A stretch of DNA of 64,000 bases. It comes from a bacterium (GTDB lineage: Bacteria; UBA8248). A program made the position numbers and the translations under genes. The notes under the pieces are model-generated. The model searched no databases, was not told where the DNA came from, and saw only the letters and a program-made list of their open reading frames with translations. The stretch covers positions 1,504,001 through 1,568,000 of the forward strand of contig OY843592.1 of NCBI GenBank assembly GCA_963692865.2, read 5' to 3'. Below are positions 50,392 through 60,460 of this stretch, in pieces (the stretch's first letter is position 1; each line of letters begins with the position of its first letter).

Positions 50392-51000
50392 ATGGCGCAT
50401 GAATTGAGGTTCAGGCTTTGGTGGGCAGCGCTTTTGCTCCTCGGGACGACGGGCTGCGCCTATGAGATATCGACGATACAAGGCGTCGCCAGACCGGAGA
50501 AGATACGAGCGCTCGAACGCCTCGCCGTCGCTCCTTTTCGCTATCCGAACGATTGGACGGGGCTTTTCCGCGACGTCTACGCGCAGGCGGGGCTCCGGGC
50601 GCCCGATGTGAGGAAAATCGAGATGATAGAGGGCGCCTTCCTGATTCGAGACGCCTTGAGCGCCAAGGGCCATCTGGTCGTCCGCTGGCCCAAAAGTCTC
50701 GAAATAAAGAAGATGGACGATTTGCTAAACGAAGAAGGAGAAATCGCCGAGGCCCATCTTCCGTTGCTCGTGGATTCGGGCGCGCAGGCGGTGGTGGTCG
50801 CCCGAGGCGGGCGCGCCTGCCCGGACGTCGAGGTGTGCGCCGCGAGGGTGGAGATACGCCTGCTGGACTTGACTTCCCGGGAAGTGTTGTGGAGGTCGCA
50901 AGCCGCCGCGACGACGGCGTTCTCCCAGGGGGACGAGATGAAGGCCGCCGTCGCCGAGGCGCTCGACGCCTTTCCCGGAAAATCGGCTTCTTCCGAGTGA
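50392..51000 (+). CDS. Putative lipoprotein
   Basis: Signal peptide ending TTGC; LAVAPF...EIRLLD..SREVLWRS penicillin-binding-activator/CsgG-like pattern. Confidence 0.6.
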   Translation: MAHELRFRLWWAALLLLGTTGCAYEISTIQGVARPEKIRALERLAVAPFRYPNDWTGLFRDVYAQAGLRAPDVRKIEMIEGAFLIRDALSAKGHLVVRWPKSLEIKKMDDLLNEEGEIAEAHLPLLVDSGAQAVVVARGGRACPDVEVCAARVEIRLLDLTSREVLWRSQAAATTAFSQGDEMKAAVAEALDAFPGKSASSE

Positions 51001-51332
51001 GGGCGGGAATCTCGCAGTGACGGATATCGGGTAGGGGCCGTTCGCGAACGTGGGGCGTTCATAAACGCCCCACCCGGAGAAACGGGCGCTTCACGAAGCG
51101 CCCCTACGCCGTCTCGGCCCGCAGATCATCGTCATTCCGGCTTTTGCCGGAATGACGGCAAACCCTCCCGCATCGGGCTTTTTCAACGCTCCCGTTTTCC
51201 GCTGTTTGGACAACCCCCGTCATGACGTTTTGTCGTCACTGTCCGGCGTCTTGTGACAAAATGGCAACTCGGCCAACCAACGCACATTTGTATTTCATTG
51301 ATATGTAAGGACTTGTTTAGGTTTTTGGGAAA

Positions 51333-51348
51333 TGGCACGGGAATTGCT
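51333..51348 (+). promoter_or_regulatory. Sigma54 (-24/-12) promoter
   Basis: TGGCAC-GGGAA-TTGCT exact consensus, with an AT-rich IHF-like tract and candidate enhancer sites upstream. Confidence 0.8.
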
Positions 51349-51359
51349 TTATATAAGGG

Positions 51360-51577
51360 CAAGCCGGCCGGAGCGTTCATGAGAAAGATGAACGCAGATG
51401 GAACCGTGCGGCGTCCAAACAACATATAATCGCTGATCGGGGCGTTCATAGGCGGCACGCCCCGGTTGGCAGGCGAGAGGAGTGGCCGATTGGGTCGGCG
51501 CTCCTCCGCCACGCAATCATACGTCTCGCGGCTATCCCCTGCGAGAGCCTCCTCCCGGAGACGGGAGGAGGTTTTTT
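51360..51577 (+). ncRNA. Candidate sigma54-dependent structured small RNA or leader
   Basis: Lies between the sigma54 promoter and terminator cctcctccc-ggagac-gggaggagg-T6; three additional hairpins. Confidence 0.55.
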
Positions 51578-51709
51578 ATCGGCCTGATTTCCCTCCGCCC
51601 GGTTTTCAAGCGCGCGTCGTTGGGTTATGGTGCGTCCCGTACGAAATCATACGGCGTCCGTTCGATGAGACGCCGGGAATTCATCCATTCAGCGAGTGAG
51701 GAGTCAACA

Positions 51710-52708
51710 ATGGCTACGGACAAGGTGCGCCTCGCCTCTATCGGGCTGGGCTGGTGGGGCGGCGTTCTGGTGGAGGCGCTGGGCCGCAGCGGCGCGGGCG
51801 AGGTGGTGACGGGTTTCGCGCGCAGCGAGGACGCCCGCAAGGCGTTTTCCGAAAAACACGGCTGCCGGACGGCGGGCAGTCTGGACGAAGTCTGGAACGA
51901 CCCGGAAGTCGAGGGCGTCATCGTCGCGACGCCCCACTCCACGCACCTCGATATGATCTCCTCGGCCGCGTCGGCGGGGAAGCACGTGTTCGTCGAAAAG
52001 CCGCTCACCCTCACGGTCGATGAGGCCAAAAAGGCGGTCGAGGCAACCTCGAGCGCGAGCGTCACCCTGCAGGTCGGCCATCACCGCCGCCGCTTCGGCG
52101 CGAACCGCAAGATGCGCGAGATGATCGAGGGCGGCGAGCTCGGCATGGTGCACCAGGTGGAGGCGAACCTCTCGCTCCCCATGGGTTTCGAATCCAGGCC
52201 GGGCTGGCGCAACGACCCCGCCGAATGCCCCGCCGGCTCGATGACGGGCCTCGGCGTCCACATGATCGACAACCTGCAGTACCTCGCCGGCCCCGCGAAG
52301 CGGGTGGCCGCGTTCAGCAAGAAGCTGCTCGGCAAGACGAATCTGGACGACGCGACGAGCATCATCATCGAGTACGAGAGCGGCCCCCTCGGCCACATCG
52401 GCTCCTCTTTCGTCGTCCCCAAGATCTGCGACACGGCGGCCTTCGGCACGAAGATGCGCGCCTACAGCGAAGAAGAGGGCGGAAAGCTCTACGTGGCCAA
52501 GGTGGGCGAGGAGGCCCGCACGGAAGTCGAGGTCGTGGGCGGAGACGCCCTGGCGGATGAGATGGACGAGTTCTGCAAGTGCATCCGGGGCGAGGCGACT
52601 CCCGAGACGGGCGGGCCCGAGGGGCTCGAGGTCGTCGCCGTGCTCGAGGCGGTCGTGCGGAGCGCGGCGACGGGCGAGGTGGTGGACGTGGCGGCCCTTC
52701 GCGGATAG
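51710..52708 (+). CDS. Gfo/Idh/MocA-family oxidoreductase
   Basis: IGLGWWG, VATPHSTH, AGKHVFVEKPL, VGHHRRF, GVHMID. Confidence 0.92.
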   Translation: MATDKVRLASIGLGWWGGVLVEALGRSGAGEVVTGFARSEDARKAFSEKHGCRTAGSLDEVWNDPEVEGVIVATPHSTHLDMISSAASAGKHVFVEKPLTLTVDEAKKAVEATSSASVTLQVGHHRRRFGANRKMREMIEGGELGMVHQVEANLSLPMGFESRPGWRNDPAECPAGSMTGLGVHMIDNLQYLAGPAKRVAAFSKKLLGKTNLDDATSIIIEYESGPLGHIGSSFVVPKICDTAAFGTKMRAYSEEEGGKLYVAKVGEEARTEVEVVGGDALADEMDEFCKCIRGEATPETGGPEGLEVVAVLEAVVRSAATGEVVDVAALRG

Positions 52709-52735
52709 CTTTTTGGAATTACTCTGGAGGAGACG

Positions 52736-54982
52736 ATGGCTCAGTTGACGCACGTCGGCGCGTCGCCGACGAAAGAGGACGCCCTGGCCAAGGCGGTCGG
52801 CGATACGGTCTACGGCGATGATTTCCACATGCCGGGCGAGATATACGGGAAAGCCGTCCGCGCCACGATGACGCCGGCGAAGATCAAGAAAATAGACGCA
52901 GGCGAGGCGCTCGCCCTGCCGGGCGTGCACTGCGTCCTCACGGCGAAGGACATCCCCGGACTGAACGCGGGCCGCTACCCCGATTACCCGGTGCTTGCCG
53001 AAGACCTCGTGGTCGACATCGGCGACGCGGTCGCGCTCGTGGCCGCCGACACCCGGGACTTGGCCGAAGAGGCGGCCTCGCTCGTGCGCGTCGTCTACGA
53101 GCCGCTGCCGGGCGCTTACGATTTCGCCGGTCTCGAAGAGGGCGAGGTGGTCTGCGACTGGAAGACGGACAAGGGAGACGTGGAGGCGGGCTTCGCCGAG
53201 GCGGACGTGATCGTGGAGAAGACCTATTTCTCCGCCTGTCTGGATCACGCCTTCATCGAGCCCGAAGGCGGCGTCGCCTGGGTGGACGAGCGCGGGGTGG
53301 TGAACATCCGCGTGCCCACGCAGATGATCGAGAACTACCAGAACGTGGCGCGCACGTTGGATCTTCCGCTCAGCCGCGTGCGGTACGACTGCCCGATGCT
53401 GGGCGGCGCGTTCGGCGGCAAGGAGCACCCCCTGCTCGGCGCTTTCATGGCGCTCTTGTCGATCCGGACGGGGCGCCCCGTGCGCATGGCCTACTCGCGC
53501 GAGGAGACCATGAACACCGGCAGCAAGAAGCACCCCTTCCTCATGAAGTACAGGACGGGCGCCACGAAGGACGGAAAACTCACCGCGATAGAAGTCGACA
53601 TCGTCGGCGACGCGGGCGGCTACACGGCCAACAGCAAGGGCCTGCTCCTGGGCGCGCTCGTGGTGAGCGGGGGGCCCTACGAGATCCCCAACGCCCGGGG
53701 CCGCGCGCGCGCCGTCAGGACGAACAACCCCTTCACCGAGGCGATGCGCGGCGTGGGCGCGAACCAGGTGTGCTTCGCCTACGAGGCGCAGATGGACGAA
53801 CTCGCCGCGCGGCTGGGGATGGACCCCCTGGAGTTCCGCGAGAAGAACTTCATCGCCAGGGGCGAGACCCTCATGCAGAACCAGCCCGTGCCCTCGCGCG
53901 TGATGCTGCCCGAACTGGTCGAGGAAACGAAGAAGCTCATCGGCCGCTCGGCGGGCCGGGTTCCCGAGAAGGATCACGGCCCCTGGCGCGCCGGCGTCGG
54001 GTACGTCGCGAACATCGGCGGTTACGGGAGGCCGAGGAACGAGGGCGAGGTCTACGTGGGCATCGACGCCGACGGCAGCGTGAACGTGCGCACCGGTGCT
54101 TCGGACGTGGGCGCGGGCCAGACCGAGACGAACCGCCAGATAGCGGCCGAAGCGCTGGGCATTTCCTTGGAGGACGTGACGGTCACGATGTCGGATTCCC
54201 ACGTCACCCCGCTCGTGGGCGTTACGGCAGGGTCGCGCCAGACGATGATCTCGGGCGGCTCGTGCTACCGCGCCTCGGCGGAGCTGAAAGACAGAATCCT
54301 GAAGGGCGCGGCTGAGCTTCTCGAAGCGAACCCGGAAGACTTGGACATCCGCGAGGGGCGCGTCTACGTGAAGGCCGCCGAGGAGCGCGGGGTCGCCTTC
54401 GGGGAAGCCGTGGCCCAGTGCAAAAAGATGGGAATCGACCTCCACACCGTGGGCAAGACGAAGCTCGGCGTCCACGAGTACGAGGGCAACGAGCAATACG
54501 GCGACGCGGGCGGCTGGATGGATTACGTGTTCGGCATCCACGCGGCGGAAGTCGAGGTGAACGTCGATACGGGCGAGCTTCGCGTGCTCAACTACTGGTC
54601 GGGCCACGACGTGGGCCAGTCCATCAACGTACAGCACGTGGAAGGCCAGTTCGAGGGCGGCACGATGATGGGCGTCGGCCACGCCCTGACCGAAGAGGTC
54701 CTCACGCAAAAGGGCGCGCTCCTGAACAACGAGTTCCACGGCTACCTCATCCCCACCTCGGTGGACACGCCCGAGTGGGACAACGTGATCCTGGAATCCG
54801 GCGAAGGCCTGGGCCCCTACGGGGCGAAAGGCATCGGCGAGCCGCCCTGCACGGCGGGCGCCGCGGCGGTGGCCTGCGCGGCGGGCCAGGCGATTGGGGC
54901 GCGCATCACGCGCATCCCCATCACGCCGGACCACGTGCTGGAGGTGCTGGGACGGCTCAAGACGAACGGAAGCCAAGGCTAG
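52736..54982 (+). CDS. Xanthine dehydrogenase-family molybdopterin-binding subunit
   Basis: HAFIEPE, GGAFGGK, AMRGVG, GQFEGG, GPYGAKGIGEPP. Confidence 0.92.
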   Translation: MAQLTHVGASPTKEDALAKAVGDTVYGDDFHMPGEIYGKAVRATMTPAKIKKIDAGEALALPGVHCVLTAKDIPGLNAGRYPDYPVLAEDLVVDIGDAVALVAADTRDLAEEAASLVRVVYEPLPGAYDFAGLEEGEVVCDWKTDKGDVEAGFAEADVIVEKTYFSACLDHAFIEPEGGVAWVDERGVVNIRVPTQMIENYQNVARTLDLPLSRVRYDCPMLGGAFGGKEHPLLGAFMALLSIRTGRPVRMAYSREETMNTGSKKHPFLMKYRTGATKDGKLTAIEVDIVGDAGGYTANSKGLLLGALVVSGGPYEIPNARGRARAVRTNNPFTEAMRGVGANQVCFAYEAQMDELAARLGMDPLEFREKNFIARGETLMQNQPVPSRVMLPELVEETKKLIGRSAGRVPEKDHGPWRAGVGYVANIGGYGRPRNEGEVYVGIDADGSVNVRTGASDVGAGQTETNRQIAAEALGISLEDVTVTMSDSHVTPLVGVTAGSRQTMISGGSCYRASAELKDRILKGAAELLEANPEDLDIREGRVYVKAAEERGVAFGEAVAQCKKMGIDLHTVGKTKLGVHEYEGNEQYGDAGGWMDYVFGIHAAEVEVNVDTGELRVLNYWSGHDVGQSINVQHVEGQFEGGTMMGVGHALTEEVLTQKGALLNNEFHGYLIPTSVDTPEWDNVILESGEGLGPYGAKGIGEPPCTAGAAAVACAAGQAIGARITRIPITPDHVLEVLGRLKTNGSQG

Positions 54983-55013
54983 ACGAGCATATCAGCAGAC
55001 ATTCACTGAACAT

Positions 55014-55045
55014 AAAACGCCCCGCACGCGCTGCGGGGCGTTTTT
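55014..55045 (+). terminator. Intrinsic (bidirectional-type) terminator
   Basis: aaaacgccccgca-cgcgc-tgcggggcgttttt. Confidence 0.8.
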
Positions 55046-55077
55046 GCGTCGTCCGTTAAGACGTTAAGAGAAAAAAA

Positions 55078-55485
55078 CCACTCCCCCCTTGAGAGCTGTT
55101 GCCGATTTAGTAGGGACAGGTCGCGACCTGTCCCTACAATTTGAAGGTCTCCATTTTCTTGCTCATAAGCCGTAGGGACAGGCCCCTGTGCCTGTCCTGA
55201 CGGGGGACAACCACGGGGGGTTGTCCCTACGGTTTCGTATTCTCCATAAGCCTGAATCGGTGATTGCCGTCATTGCGGCTTCGATTGTAGGGGCCGTTCG
55301 CGAACGGCCCTTACGGGTTCGTTTCGATCTATGAGGGGTGCGTAGCCGGACAGGCCCAGGAGCCTGTCCGGGGACCGACGTGTCCGCCCGATTGGCCGGA
55401 AAGAGCGGGAGAACACGTAGTCAGACATATATGTCTGACCCCACGAAACCGGATTATTCAACAACCTCAAGTGGGAAGTGAATTC
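55078..55485. repeat. CTCCCCCTT palindrome interrupted by a TIR-like shell containing GTAG REPs
   Basis: cactcccccctt[gagagctgttg...ttcaacaacctc]aagtgggaagtga; inner gtagggacaggtcgcgacctgtccctac and others. Confidence 0.65.
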
Positions 55486-55581
55486 AAGCTCTCAAGAGAC
55501 CTCGCGCTCTGGTTATGCAGTTCGGAATCCAAACGGATGGAGCCCGCCGAAGGGAAGCGTTCGGTTTGAAAATCATGACAT

Positions 55582-56265
55582 TCACTGAATTCGCACATAT
55601 TTGAGCGCCTCGCGCCGGCTTAGATCAGAGAGCCCGGAATGGGTTTCGACGAACTCCTTCACCCAGCCCGGATCGGTCTTGGAGTACTCTCGCAACGCCC
55701 AGCCGATGCCCTTGCGCAGGAAGGACTCCGTCCCGCCGATGGATGGCCGGACCACGTCTGCCAGCAACTTCGTGTCCGTCGCTCGCCTGGCCCGGAGTTG
55801 AGCGAGAATGGCGGTCCGCCGCTTCCAGATGTCGTCGTCCTTCGCCCATTCGCGCAGCACGGCCTTCAGCGGATGAGGGTGGGCGGCGAGCATGGCGCCC
55901 ACCCCTCGGGCGGCAATCGCGTCCACGTAGTCCCACCAGGCCCCGGTAACGATTAACTCCTCGATCATGGGAATTCTGTCCGGCTCCAGCCAGCCGGAAT
56001 AGCGCTTGAAGAGCAGAAGTTCGATTGCCGCGTAGCGTTCTTCACGGTAGGCGGCCTTGCGCCACAGGGAGAGAATCGTCTCCTCCCAGGCGCGGGCGTC
56101 GGGCAGCGGGCGTGTCTCGTACACGGCAGTGGCGATACGCCGGCAGTGCGTTACGCCTACGCCGAAATACGGCATATCGGACTTCATGTAGGCCTGTTGC
56201 TTCGGCGCTCTGGCCGGGTCGGCGACTTTGCGCAATGCGGCGATAACAGAGTGCCGAATATCCAT
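55582..56265 (-). CDS. DNA alkylation repair protein (AlkD-like)
   Basis: QAYMKSDMPYFGV, REERYAA, WWDYVD, WKRRTA, FLRKGIGWALREYSK. Confidence 0.88.
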   Translation of the reverse strand: MDIRHSVIAALRKVADPARAPKQQAYMKSDMPYFGVGVTHCRRIATAVYETRPLPDARAWEETILSLWRKAAYREERYAAIELLLFKRYSGWLEPDRIPMIEELIVTGAWWDYVDAIAARGVGAMLAAHPHPLKAVLREWAKDDDIWKRRTAILAQLRARRATDTKLLADVVRPSIGGTESFLRKGIGWALREYSKTDPGWVKEFVETHSGLSDLSRREALKYVRIQ

Positions 56266-56572
56266 TTCCGCCTCGTGGCCGGGATTGTATTCTGCGAACA
56301 ACTCGCGATTATCTCTTGCATACGGCATATCGAATTCTGCAATAATCCAGCGAAGCCCGCCTGGTCAACCCGCTTATCCTTTCAACTCTCGTAGCGCAGT
56401 TCTGCATTTCGATAAATGGAACCCGACCCTGTCCCAACATTAGACGGGTCGAGATCAAGGGTTCTGATGAACGGTTGCCGCCGATGGGGATGGACGGGAA
56501 TTACCGCTTGCCTTGCGATACGGAGGAGATTAACGCCGCCGGGACGGGAGCGATCAGGAGAGGAGACAGGCC

Positions 56573-57736
56573 ATGTCCACCACACTGTCGAACGAGGGCC
56601 CGGTTCTCCGGGCATGGGCCGTATCGAGACCGTTCCGGGCGTACGGCGCCGCCGTTCTGGCCGCCTGCGCGGTCGCAATCGGATTGCCGCTTGCAACACC
56701 CGCCGAGGCGGCGGGGAAGGGTTATCGCCTGAGCGGCCCCTACACGCAGGAAAATCTCGCCGTCTATCTGATCCACCGCGAGGGCCGAAACGCCGGCTCC
56801 GCGCCGCTCACCCTCGCCGAAGCGATGAGGCGGGACCTCGTCAAGGTCGTCGAAACCGGCACCGTCAGCCGGCTCATGGTCCGCAATCTGGGCGACCGCG
56901 AGGTCTTCGTCCAGTCGGGCGACATCGTCAAGGGCGGCAAGCAGGACCGCGTCCTGGTCGCCAGCCTAATCGTCCCCCCGAACTCGGGCTACATTCCCAT
57001 CGGCGCCTTTTGCGTCGAGGCGGGGCGATGGGCCCCGCGCGGATTGGAGAGCGTGAGCGCATTTTCGGCGTCCGCGTACCGCATGCCCTCTCGGGCCGGC
57101 AAGATTGCGATCATGAAAAGCATGCGGCGAGAGACCGCTCCCGAAGCCGGTCGAAGCGGGAGATTGGGGGAGAGATGGCCCGGATTGAGAATCAGGCCCG
57201 GGGCGCGGCGGCGCACAGGCTCGTACTATCAGGGCGAGGTGTGGCGCTCGGTCGCGATGATGCAGAAGGGGTTGGGCCGGGCGGTGCGGGCGCGCGTCGC
57301 CGACGAACGCTCGCGCATGAGCCTCCAGCTATCGCTCGAAAACAAGCGCCTCGCTTCGGCGCTGGGGGATTATGAAAGAGCCTTGGGACGCCTGCTGGAT
57401 GAGCACCCCGACGCCGTGGGTTATGTTTTTGCGGTAGGCGGCAGGCTCAACAGCGGAGACGAGTTCCAAAGCGCCGGCCTGTTCCGGAAACTGTGGCTGC
57501 GGCAGCTCAAGGCGGCGGCGACGGAAGCCATCGCCGAAAAAGGCGCGCAGAGGCACGAGCAGCCGACGCTCGCCGAGGTCGCCGCGTTCATCGACTCCGC
57601 GCGCGTAGCGAAGCCCGCCGGGAGAGCGATGCCGGGCGGCATGAGCCTGGAGACGCGCGTGGCGGACGGGTCGTTCTACATGGAAGTCCGTCGGGGGAAC
57701 GGCCATTGGGTGCACCGCAACTTCATCGCCCGCTAG
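56573..57736 (+). CDS. Secreted DUF6569/ARPP-1-like protein
   Basis: Signal-peptide-like N-terminus; GDIVKGGKQDR, FCVEAGRW, QGEVW motifs (family recalled). Confidence 0.65.
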   Translation: MSTTLSNEGPVLRAWAVSRPFRAYGAAVLAACAVAIGLPLATPAEAAGKGYRLSGPYTQENLAVYLIHREGRNAGSAPLTLAEAMRRDLVKVVETGTVSRLMVRNLGDREVFVQSGDIVKGGKQDRVLVASLIVPPNSGYIPIGAFCVEAGRWAPRGLESVSAFSASAYRMPSRAGKIAIMKSMRRETAPEAGRSGRLGERWPGLRIRPGARRRTGSYYQGEVWRSVAMMQKGLGRAVRARVADERSRMSLQLSLENKRLASALGDYERALGRLLDEHPDAVGYVFAVGGRLNSGDEFQSAGLFRKLWLRQLKAAATEAIAEKGAQRHEQPTLAEVAAFIDSARVAKPAGRAMPGGMSLETRVADGSFYMEVRRGNGHWVHRNFIAR

Positions 57737-57784
57737 CCCGGAGCATATCGAAACCAAAGCGCCAGAGAATCACTCCCCTCTTGA

Positions 57785-58216
57785 TGGGGTTGTTGAAAAA
57801 GTCCTTTCGGATCGAGCCGAACCATTCTCCCCTTGCAAAGCCCTCAACAACCACTCCCCCCTTGAGGGGGAGTCAACGCGGCAAGGACAATGTCCGCAGC
57901 CGCGTTGGTGGGGGGGGAGCTTTTTACTGTGGCAGTCCCCCCACCAGCTCGACTTCGGGCTTCGCCCTCGTCTCTCTGACTCCCCCTCAAGGGGGGAGTG
58001 AACTTCAAAAGCGAGCGCGCAACCGAAATCGCTTCCTAGAGGTTTTTCAACAACCCCTTTTGGGTTCGATTGCAAAGCCGTCATTCCGGCGCATGCCGGA
58101 ATCCAGGGAATTTGCCTTTTGCTTTTCGCCGCTAATCCCGTTCGATTAAAGACGGAATGAAATACCGAAATGTGCCCACCCTTATCGGCTCTGGATTCCG
58201 GCATGCGCCGGAATGA
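57785..58216. repeat. TIR shell (57785-58057) with CTCCCCC palindromes, followed by a GTCATTCCGG pair
   Basis: ggggttgttgaaaaa...tttttcaacaacccc; gtcattccggcgcatgccggaatcc...ggattccggcatgcgccggaatgac. Confidence 0.75.
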
Positions 58217-58404
58217 CGCGCAAAGGCCACGGGGGACTGGCGCCAATCGACGAAAGAAGAGAATCACTGCCCTCGAAGGGGGTAATACCCTATCGGAGAG
58301 GGAGGGTCTCTTCTGGCTGTATCAGCAAGACCCGCCGTATCGCATCTTGTTTCTTATCCGTGTAGGATGCTTCCTACGCCCGCCCATTCGTAGAGACGCG
58401 CGTC

Positions 58405-60234
58405 ATGCTCTCGACTCTGGACTGGTCGCTCATCCTCGCCTACGTCGCGTTCGCGCTGCTCGTCGGCGCGCTCACTTCGCGCTCGGCGTCCAAGAGTCTC
58501 GCCTCATACTTCGTGGCCGGGCGCAGCCTGCCCTGGTGGTGGATAGGCGCCTCGATGGTGGCGACCACGTTCGCCTCGGACACCCCCCTCGTCGTGGCCG
58601 GCATCGTCGCCAAGCGCGGCATCTCTGGGAACTGGTTCTGGTGGGCGTGGGTCATCGGCAACGTGGGCGTCGCGGTGTTCTTCGCCCCCCTGTGGCGGCG
58701 CGCGGGCGTGGTGACCGACGCCGAACTCATCGAGCTGCGCTACGGCGGCGGCCCCGGCGCTTTCTTAAGGGGCTTCAAGGCCGTCTATTCCTCCCTCATC
58801 GTGAACCTGATCGTCCTGGGTTGGGTGTTCCGCGCCATGGCGAAGATAGCCGAGCCCTTCCTGCGGTGGGAGGAGATTCTGCCCCTGAACCTGTGGACGG
58901 CGATAGAGGCGCACTGGCCCGACGTCCTCACGATGGGAAGCGTGAACGAGAGCGTAACGGTCGCCCTGCTCGTCCTGATGATTGCGGCGTATTCGAGCGC
59001 GGGCGGCATCCGCGGCGTCATGCTCACGGATCTCTTCCAGTTCGTCATCGCGATGGCCGGCAGTTGCCTCTTCGCCTGGTACGCCGTCGAGGCCGTGGGC
59101 GGGCTGTCGGGCATGAGCGCGAAACTGGACGAGACTTACGGCGCCGAGGGCGCGGCGAATATCCTCTCCTTCCTCCCGCCCGAGGGCGCGGGATGGGCGG
59201 GGGCGCAGGTGATCCTCATCTACCTGTTCGTGGTCTGGTGGGCGCACAACAACGCCGACGGCGGCGGCTACATCGGCCAGAGACTGTGCTCGGCGCGCTC
59301 GCCGAGGGACGCCCAGGCGGGCGCTTTCCTCTTCACGGTGGCGAACTACGTCCTGAGGCCCTGGCCGTGGATATTGATCGGCCTCGTGAGCCTGATCCTC
59401 GTGCCCAAGGGGATGGACGCGCTCCCGGGCACCATGGAGGCCAGGATTCTCGCCGACCGCGAGGCGGCCTATCCCCTGCTGATGGAGAAGCTACTCCCGG
59501 CGGGGGTGCTGGGCCTGGTGATGGTGGGTCTGCTGGGCGCGTTCATGAGCACGGTGGACACGCACCTGAACTGGGGGATGAGCTATCTCGTGAACGACGT
59601 GTATGCGCGTTTCATCCGAAAGAAAGCGGGCGCGCGCGAAGTCGTCTTCGTGAGCCGACTGGGCGTGCTGATCATGGCGCTCGGCGCTTTCGCCGTGGCG
59701 GGGCAGATCAAGAGCATCGAGGTGGCGTGGAAGTTCCACATCTCGCTCGGGGCGGGGCTGGGGCTTCCGGTGATCCTGCGCTGGCTGTGGTGGCGCGCGA
59801 ACGCCTGGACGGAAATTTCAGGAATGCTGGCCGCCGGCGCGACCGCCCTCTATCTCCACTGGGAGGGGAAGCCGCCCGATTTTCCCGTATTGCTGGCCGC
59901 GGAGGTGGGCGTGGGCTTCGCCGCGATGATGATTGCGACTCTCCTCACGAGGCCCGCGCGCGTGGAAGTGCTCAAGAATTTCTGGAGCAAGGTGCGCCCG
60001 CCGGGCGCATGGGGGCGGGTGCGCGGGGAGGACAGGCGCGCAGCCCCCATATTCGCTCTCGCGGGCCTGTGGGTGGCTTTAAGCGTATTCGTCTTCGCGC
60101 TGATGTTCCTGGTCGGGGCGCTGCTCGTCGGGACCTGGGAGCAGGCGGGCGGACTCGCGCTCCTGACGGGGTTCGCCCTGTGCATGGCGTGGGGGATCGA
60201 TAGAAGATACAAGTACGGGATATTGTTCGTGTAG
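58405..60234 (+). CDS. Sodium:solute symporter family protein
   Basis: YFVAGRSLPWW, ATTFASDTP, LWRRAGVVTD.E..ELRY, AFMSTVDTHLN; many TM segments. Confidence 0.92.
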   Translation: MLSTLDWSLILAYVAFALLVGALTSRSASKSLASYFVAGRSLPWWWIGASMVATTFASDTPLVVAGIVAKRGISGNWFWWAWVIGNVGVAVFFAPLWRRAGVVTDAELIELRYGGGPGAFLRGFKAVYSSLIVNLIVLGWVFRAMAKIAEPFLRWEEILPLNLWTAIEAHWPDVLTMGSVNESVTVALLVLMIAAYSSAGGIRGVMLTDLFQFVIAMAGSCLFAWYAVEAVGGLSGMSAKLDETYGAEGAANILSFLPPEGAGWAGAQVILIYLFVVWWAHNNADGGGYIGQRLCSARSPRDAQAGAFLFTVANYVLRPWPWILIGLVSLILVPKGMDALPGTMEARILADREAAYPLLMEKLLPAGVLGLVMVGLLGAFMSTVDTHLNWGMSYLVNDVYARFIRKKAGAREVVFVSRLGVLIMALGAFAVAGQIKSIEVAWKFHISLGAGLGLPVILRWLWWRANAWTEISGMLAAGATALYLHWEGKPPDFPVLLAAEVGVGFAAMMIATLLTRPARVEVLKNFWSKVRPPGAWGRVRGEDRRAAPIFALAGLWVALSVFVFALMFLVGALLVGTWEQAGGLALLTGFALCMAWGIDRRYKYGILFV

Positions 60235-60460
60235 GGTGAATTCCGAGCGAGGAGCCAGGGAAACCCCCGCCCCCTCATCCTGAGTAGGCCCGCAGGGCCG
60301 TATCTAAGGATGGGGGAAGGAGCGTCCCTTCGCCGGGCGCGCCCCTCGATACGCGGCTTCGCCGCTACTCGGGGTGAGGGGGTGCGGGGGACGGCGCAAG
60401 GACAGGTCGCGACCTGTCCCTACGGGGCGCATGGCTCTCGGGCGACGGCCTTCCGCCCTC

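Noticed and set aside
50361-50400. 16-bp direct repeat gaatcgcatggcgcat at a gene junction
   Set aside because: Only 8 bp apart; probably a local duplication, and no element lies between the copies.
51704-54976. 1090-aa minus-strand ORF (also 30201-32402, 2449-3912, 7974-9653, 10118-11701, 14084-15553 and similar)
   Set aside because: Antisense shadows of well-supported genes in GC-rich DNA, with no recognisable motifs.
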